Below the pieces are notes generated by a model that worked only from the letters and a program-made list of their open reading frames with translations, made no database searches and was not told the DNA's origin. This document shows positions 56,803-64,000 of a stretch of 64,000 nt of DNA, piece by piece. This DNA is from Eledone cirrhosa (Eukaryota). The stretch lies in assembly GCA_964016885.1 (NCBI GenBank), contig OZ024740.1:232438001-232502000 (forward strand), written 5' to 3'. Made by a program: the position numbers and the translations under genes. Each line of letters opens with the position of its first letter. Position 1 is the stretch's first letter.

Positions 56803-56995
56803 GTGAAGGAATGGCAGTATCGGTAAAGGGTCGGACGTCATGCTTTGCAGCATAGAGTTACGGCCCTTTATGGTATGAGTTCAAATCCTGTCGAGGTTAA
56901 CTTTGCCTGTCATCCTTACGGGGTCGATAAAATAAAGTACCAGTAATGCACTGGGATAATTGCTGGCCTTGTGCCAAATGTAGAAACAATTATAT
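56803..56995 (+). mobile_element. Full-length SINE copy
   Basis: A and B boxes, central domain, tail; ATTATATT on both sides. Confidence 0.9.
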
Positions 56996-57373
56996 TCATG
57001 TTTGTGACATGTGGAGTAGTATGAGGTGTTATGGTTCTTTGGAATTGTGACTCTGTTTGTTGAAGTGTCATGTCTAATGTTAGCACATTGTGGTTTTCGT
57101 TGTTTAATCCCACGTACCGTGGTGTTTTGTAACCCAAGTGAAATCTTCTCAGGCAGATCTATGGCATTTAGGTACCTATTAGGTGTCTTTATGTAGTCGT
57201 TCGATTTGATCCTACAAATCACTCTACCGTCAAAAATTGACAAATCTTTTACAAATCACATCCTATTTCCTTAAATAAGGATGATCTCGTTGGATACTGC
57301 AGTCTCAGATACACGTAAAAGATGGAACACTTTTCATTAACGATTTACTTGATTAGTTTGCGCGGGGATCTAA

Positions 57374-57394
57374 ACTACTACTACTACTACTACA

Positions 57395-57450
<56 letters not shown>

Positions 57451-57480
57451 CATCACCACTGCCATCACTACTACTACTGC
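57374..57480. repeat. (TAC)n microsatellite
   Basis: Direct reading. Confidence 0.95.
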
Positions 57481-59074
57481 AACGATGGGCACTTCAGATA
57501 TACCAAGAAGATATACCATGCGTCAGGTTCTGCACTACACTGAGCATCCATTCATTGTCCGATGCGCCCTTTGGAAGTTTAGGCACGTTGCTTGTAGGTT
57601 CGATATAATGGCGTTCTATTATTGAATAGCTGAGTGAGGTTATGTGTTATGTGTTATGGTGTTGTGTACCATTTTTTAGGTTCATATAAAGTATTGTTAT
57701 TGTTTAACCATTGCTCAACACTGATTGAGTAAACATATGGTCGAAGACATGCAAGCTGTGAATAATACATCAGTTTAATATCAATGTATCGTTTCCCAGC
57801 AATTTAGCTATTATTTCTAGAAATATAATCCGCCACTTAGAGGCTTCCGTCTTTTATGATGTGCTTTGTTCTGTAGTAAAAATATCTCGGATAATGAAAT
57901 GTAGTGTGTTATAGAGTGGTTTGGTGTGCATTGTACTAATAGAGGCTGGTGGTGTGGAGCCAGTGGTGCTGCTTTGTAGTTTTGTCTGTGGATATGATAT
58001 AAAGAGATATGTTTTGGTGTATTGGGGTGTAGCATAAATGAGTAATGAACTATTATATCGGGCGTTGTGATATAGTATAGCAGACATTATGATTGCTTAT
58101 ATCATTTAACCCCAGGCTAGCCGTATTTGAGCAGAACTACACTATCGAATGTATCTTTTTTAAGACGATAGGGAAGCGATATGAGAGAGATTCTGTGGTT
58201 ACATTTTGTAAGCCGAGCGACTATGTAGAGGCTCACTGCTCGTATACTGTGCAGTATATATAGTGAGATATGGTGTATGAGTTGGTGGTGCAGTGAAGCA
58301 TAAGTGGTGTAATATTGGGATAATATATACAGTGAGGTGGTGATGTAGTGTAGGAATATGGTATGATATGGTTTGACGGGAAGCGTTTGTGTAATAAAAC
58401 AGAGTGGTGTGTGTATGAGTATGTATGTGTGATTGCGTATGTTTTTTGTGTGCATTATGAGTGTGTATATGTGCGTGTATATGTGTATATATGTGTGTTT
58501 ATGTATGTATATGTGTGTATAAGTGTATGTGTGTGCGGGACAGAATATAGTTTGATAATACGTAGTAATTTAGTATAGCGTATGTGTTGTACGCATTTAT
58601 AGCTATGTGCGTGTATGTGTATGTGTATGTATATGCGTTGCCTGTATGTGAGCGTGTGTATATACGTATGCATGTGTGTGTGTGTGTGTGTATGTAAAAC
58701 CGCATTGTTCACTCACTTATCAATATCCACATCGTTTTCATAGCTGCAAATAAGAAAGGGCATTCGAGTGTAAAGAACATATCACATCTCACTTAACTAC
58801 CCTTATTGCTTCGATAGACTCGTCAACATACTTAGAGAAACCCATCTTAATTTGGTGCATGCGCGCCCTTTCACACCAATATTTTGCGACGTACACATGT
58901 TCGCTTACTCGTGTGAACTTTCGAATGAAGGGCAATAGTGGAAACACACACACACACAATTACACAAACTCACATACACACGCACATATATACATATATT
59001 AATAAACACACACACACATATATATAAATAAATATATATATATATATGTATATATACACGCACACACACACGCA

Positions 59075-59122
<48 letters not shown>

Positions 59123-59127
<5 letters not shown>

Positions 59128-59400
59128 ACGGAACCAACATGGGGTTCACTGGTAGGACCGGTTGCATCTCAGCGTACTCAATAGGTAATCTTAAATAAAC
59201 TCCCAGATTAGACACTTAGTTATTCGCTTCAATACAACGCACGTAAATGTGTACCTTCAATTATTCCCGTACTCGAGTTTCGGCAACATTTAATGCAGCA
59301 ATAAAGTGTACAGCACCTACTGTCGGCATATATTATGCAACAATCCACAATCGGCGCATGTGGCTTCATCAGCGGGTTTCGCCGAATCAGTAACCAATCG
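59123..59400 (-). mobile_element. Second copy of the extended-hammerhead element (ribozyme at 59266-59376)
   Basis: CCCG-CUGAUGA-[83 nt]-GAAAC-UCGA-GUA-CGGG; downstream sequence collinear with 52046-52190. Confidence 0.8.
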
Positions 59401-59580
59401 ATCGACAGAATTCGATTTCAGTCCGTATCGGCTAAAACAGTAAAACATTAGCAACTGAAATCTCTACGCGTCATCTCAATGCCATCCTCCGATTGGCTAC
59501 CGATTCATAAATTTACGTGACGTCAGGAGACGAAATTCAAATAGTTGCGCTCCCACCATAAGCAATCAGCCAATGTATCT
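59390..59580 (-). promoter_or_regulatory. Candidate Pol II promoter motif cluster upstream of the hammerhead element
   Basis: CCAAT at 59394 and 59570, ATTGG at 59492, TGACGTCA at 59518-59525, TTCAAA (CHR-like) at 59536; locally CpG-rich. Confidence 0.35.
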
Positions 59581-59626
59581 CAAACACAAATTAATAAGTT
59601 AGTGAAAAATTAGTTATTAGAAGAAA

Positions 59627-59657
<31 letters not shown>

Positions 59658-60194
59658 CACGATAGAAAGAGTATTCAATAGATGATAAAAAAGTATACTT
59701 ATCAGAAATCAGTTGATGCTTCACTTTCTTTTTCAGATTACGTGCGTTTAGTTAGACAAAGTCAAATATACCTACAGATGAAGTCTTGCTCGAATAGTCC
59801 ACCTTCCGACATGTAGATTTTAATCATCGTACAATATCTTTCCCAATAGTGACCAGACAGAGGAAAACTGTCTGTTTTACAAGCCAACAGAAAACGAAAT
59901 GTTGATCTTTACCATGAACTTAAGGGAGAGCTAGAGATCTATTACACACGCGACAGGACTGTCCGATAATTTCACAAATGTATGCTAACACTGTAAAGTG
60001 TGGTTTTCCGTTGTTCTGCATCCAAGTAATCTGACTCACCTCTAGCTACTGAGTATAAGAAAACTGTTTCCTCTTATTGGCCAAAGGAAAGTGACAGGGT
60101 GATACTTACAATGGACTCGACTGAGAGGCTTACCTACTACAGATGCGATCAAGCTCGGCATTATGTGGTGCTATATATATTTGTTTCGGATGTA

Positions 60195-60380
60195 GGCAGA
60201 ATTTTGGGGGAAGGGGGAGTCGATTAAATCGATCCCAGTTCGTAAGTGGTATTTTATTTTATCGATTACGTAAGAAATGAAAGGCAAAGCTTGGGATTTG
60301 AAATCAGAACTCAAAGGGGCGTAATTATAGAACACAAACCATTTTGTGCCGCGCTAGACTGTTAATGCCAATCCATCACC
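60195..60380 (-). mobile_element. Diverged SINE copy
   Basis: TTTTATTTTATCGA...ATGAAAGGCAAAG...GGATTTGAA...TGCCAATCCA. Confidence 0.75.
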
Positions 60381-60387
60381 CAGGGTG

Positions 60388-60451
<64 letters not shown>

Positions 60452-60454
60452 TTT

Positions 60455-60668
60455 CCTTTCTGATTTAGGCACAAGGCCAACAATTTGAGAAAGTGCAAAG
60501 CCGATTATGTCTACCACAGTGCATTACTGGTACTTTATTTTATCGAGCACGTTAGGATGAAAGGTAATGTTAACCTCGGTAGGATTTGAACTCAGAGCCT
60601 AAAGGGCCGCAACTCTATGCCATAAAGCATGTTGTCCGACGTCCACCGATACTGCCAATCCACCGCCC
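60455..60668 (-). mobile_element. SINE copy
   Basis: GGCACAAGGCC...GGTACTTTATTTTATCGA...GGATTTGAACTC...GATACTGCCAATCCACC. Confidence 0.85.
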
Positions 60669-61296
60669 TGAGGATGTTATATATATTGCAATAAGTTGTT
60701 GTATGCATTAGGCGAGCTGGGAGTAGATTATTATAGCGTGAGAAACCGTGCACATTATAACATTTATCTGACAATTTCACGAGTCAGCAAAGCCTTATTC
60801 GGCAAAATTGTTTCGTCGTTCTGCGTGTATTTCAAACAGATCCAACCGAAAAAGCTATTTTGCATTTAGAGATTTTTTCTGGTCTAGGAAATGTAATATA
60901 AACACCTCAACATATACAATTCCACTGGCTACCCCTCATTTAAATTATACAAATTAATTCTGGACAAGTATGTAATTACCTTCTTTTTTATACCTGTTAA
61001 ATTGTCTTTATATTTTGGAGATGAGAAGGCCATTGTTAAGCTGATGTCACCTATCGCGACAAAATCAAGTGATCATAATTGAATCGTGCCTAATAATTCA
61101 TAGAAACTATTCTCTTTTTTTTATGGCCACTCCGCCTCATTCAGCTATTTACAATCATCGCTAGGATTTTACTCACCGTTTCTACCCTCGATGGAAATTA
61201 TATGTGTACAACATTCAGTACACTGTTGACCATATAATACATAATACATACACACACACATACACACACACACACAACCACACACACAAACACACA

Positions 61297-61405
<109 letters not shown>

Positions 61406-61825
61406 TCGGAATGTGGAATGGAGTTGAATTCCTTTGTTCACACTTTGAATTTACCCGCCAAAAACCGAGTGTTTCACCCTTGTTGGAAATAACACGTGAC
61501 AATGTGAAACACTGGAAACTGCTAACGATAACTGTTCAGTGTTCCAGTCCACACCGGCTTGAGGCATCGAACGAAATTTCCTGTTGACGACGTGAATCCT
61601 CAGTTCGATCATTGAATACCACAGGCTTGCATATAAAGTAAGCTGGATGGATGATTCCGGTTTCATAGAAATCTATTGAACGTATTGCAAAATATCGTTC
61701 GATATGTCCAGGTCAGTTGTTTAACCTGATTAGTTTCTTCGTTGTTTTTGGTATCATGTGGCTAGGTCTGCCTGCCGCAATTTTCAGTTTATCAAGGTGT
61801 CTAAATGTATATTATTACTCTAAGG

Positions 61826-61916
61826 TTAATTTTGCCTTTCATCCTTACGGGGTCGATAAAATAAAGTACCAGTAATGTACTGGGATAATTGCTGGCCTTG
61901 TGCCAAAATAGAAACA
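61826..61916 (+). mobile_element. 5'-truncated SINE with a 15-bp target-site duplication
   Basis: ATTATTACTCTAAGG on both sides; the paralogous empty site is at about 35130-35146. Confidence 0.92.
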
Positions 61917-62021
61917 ATTATTACTCTAAGGCCTGACCTTATGGAATGATTTGCTGCTCATTCCTAATTGTAGGTCGTTTTGCTTGGCCATAACCAAAGC
62001 TTCGATTTTACTAAGCTTCCA

Positions 62022-62062
<41 letters not shown>

Positions 62063-62136
62063 TAAATATATAAATATATACAAACAAGAAGTGTAAGTCT
62101 CAACAGGGTAAAATTAGCTTCGTTCATTCATATTAG

Positions 62137-62193
62137 CTGCTATATATATTTCAGTGATAGCTATTATTCAACAGCTATGACCTCATCAGACAG
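62137..62193 (-). ncRNA. Type I hammerhead ribozyme
   Basis: CUGU-CUGAUGA-GGUCAUAGCUGUU/GAAU/AAUAGCUAUCACU-GAAA-UAUAUA-UA-GCAG: about 12-bp stem II and 4-bp stem I. Confidence 0.75.
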
Positions 62194-62305
62194 TAAGAAC
62201 TTGAACAGAAAAAAACAGCAAAACATAATGTTGTAATAGATTTTACCTCGTTAGACAATTGCCAATACATACTGAAAATTATATATATCTGTGTGTTTGT
62301 GTCTC

Positions 62306-62377
<72 letters not shown>

Positions 62378-62829
62378 GCGTGTGTGTGTGGTTTTAATTA
62401 ATAACTTAACCCAATGTCTATTGCAGGATTTGAAATGATATTTGCTTTTACTGTTAAGATCCAAAAGAACATCTTTTATTTCCAGATCTGGAAATGAAAA
62501 TTAAGCGAGAAATCGAACATGGACTAAATAATTATTTCAAGCCCACAAGAGACTTTGTCCTTGAGCTTTGATGAGGCTCATGAAAAATAAGCGAAATACA
62601 AGAAGCTGAAGATGTTAAAATTTAGTTTGTGGGGATCAATGAAAAACTTAGGATGAAAAAATATTCTCGCTTTGATTTGTTTGACCTGTCAACATTTTTG
62701 ATACTTTAACAGAAAATCACATCCAGTATATAACATTATTCTTTAATATGTTGTTGTCATAATCAAACTTTCAGCAACCTAGGTACAAAGCAGTGGTGTA
62801 CTATCTGGAATGAATACACATACATTCAA

Positions 62830-62875
<46 letters not shown>

Positions 62876-62893
62876 ATATATATATATATATAT

Positions 62894-63122
62894 ATTGTTA
62901 TACTTGGGGAGGGTCATATTTGCGTAATATTGCCAGAATTAATAACAGAACACACTCACTGTTTGGTTGGTTTTCGCTTCTCGCTGTCTTTTATATCTGC
63001 GATCTAACTTACTCGTTATTAATTCTGTTATTAATTCTGGCAATATTACGCAAAAATGACCCTCCCCAAGTATAACAATATCTGTTTCGACACACGATTT
63101 CATATAAAAAACCTCGCTAAAC
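62894..63122. repeat. Inverted pair of the Penelope-derived terminal repeat
   Basis: TATTGTTATACTTGGGAGGGTCAT...AATAACAGAA mirrored by TTCTGTTATT...ATGACCCTCCCCAAGTATAACAATA. Confidence 0.85.
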
Positions 63123-64000
63123 TATATATATATATATATATATATATCTTTAGGTTTGTTGGTTCACCACTGGTCATTCCGTATGGTCAATCCTGGTGTA
63201 ATATTGTGAAGAGTACTCAACGCAGTGCAGATCACCCATCTTCGTTTGTGTAGTTGGTGGTGCGAATACGGAGTTAATTATAAATGAAATAACAGGAGGC
63301 TGGACTGGTGTCAATTTATATTGCGAGTTATAGGATGAAATTAAATTAAATTAAAAATATTAAATTGCAAAATGGTAAATTGAAAAATAGAGGTAGCGAG
63401 ATTTATTTATTTAATGAACTTACGGAGAGAGTCTTATATGAAAAAAAAATGTTAACTCGATAAGATATTAGGATGGGATATAGAGTAAAGATTTCGATTG
63501 GGAGTCCCAGCCAGCACACTCACCACCATGAGTAAGCCAGTCTCGAGTGGTATCGTCCAGCGAAAGAAATGGAAATTAATTTTTCCGAGTACTCTAGGAA
63601 CGTAGCTAACTTTGGCCCCGGGATCGCTAGCCGGAACTCCACAATTTCGATAGGCCATCGTCTATACCACGAATACTATTAAATTACACATTAAGGGTTT
63701 ATTTACGTGTCAGTAGAGGCATGATACCGCTAATAGTTATTCCCAAACCTGGAGTTTGTAGGTACAGGTATAATGTGGCGGCCAAAACAAGCGGCGCGGT
63801 GGGACCGAGGCAAAGCAATCCGCTCCGACTAATTTCATTTACCGAAAGAGAAGAAATTTATTTTTCCGAGCACTCAAGGAAGGCTGAACTTTCCGAGTGC
63901 CCAGCGCGCAGCCGGGAAAAAGCCACCACACAAGTCGAAGGTAACAACCCAATGAAAAGTGCAAATAGAGCAAAATTATTTTAAAGTCCCATTTAGTCCG

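Noticed and set aside
59722-59820. Strong splice acceptor TTTCTTTTTCAG suggesting a host exon
   Set aside because: All three frames stop within about 80 nt and the peptide is unrecognisable; not supportable without transcripts.

Overview
AT-rich animal DNA made almost entirely of repeats. The SINE family and the dense (TA)n/(CA)n/(GA)n tracts suggest an octopus or related coleoid genome (inference). I found no host protein-coding exon, rRNA, functional tRNA or CRISPR array. Most ORFs in the track ([18 protein letters not shown]) are translations of simple repeats. The real content is: five decayed Tx1/L1-clade LINE copies; an R4/Dong-like RT-RLE element; two RTE fragments; two CRE 3' fragments; several Penelope-like (GIY-YIG) remnants, one of them Naiad-like; a truncated Tc1; about 13 copies of a tRNA-derived SINE; and a 2.9-kb minisatellite with a 24-bp unit. 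Three signals stand out. (1) Unrelated short non-coding elements carry minimal type I hammerhead ribozyme cores with palindromic stem III, in tandem or inverted arrangements; one family has an 83-nt domain in place of stem II, with a compensatory base change between its two copies. (2) The SINE shares its 3' tail and its (ATT)n insertion sites with the local Tx1 LINE, suggesting a Tx1-mobilised SINE. (3) Two Tx1 lineages appear to target different microsatellites, (ATT)n and (ATCT)n. All alignments and folds were made by eye and boundaries are approximate.
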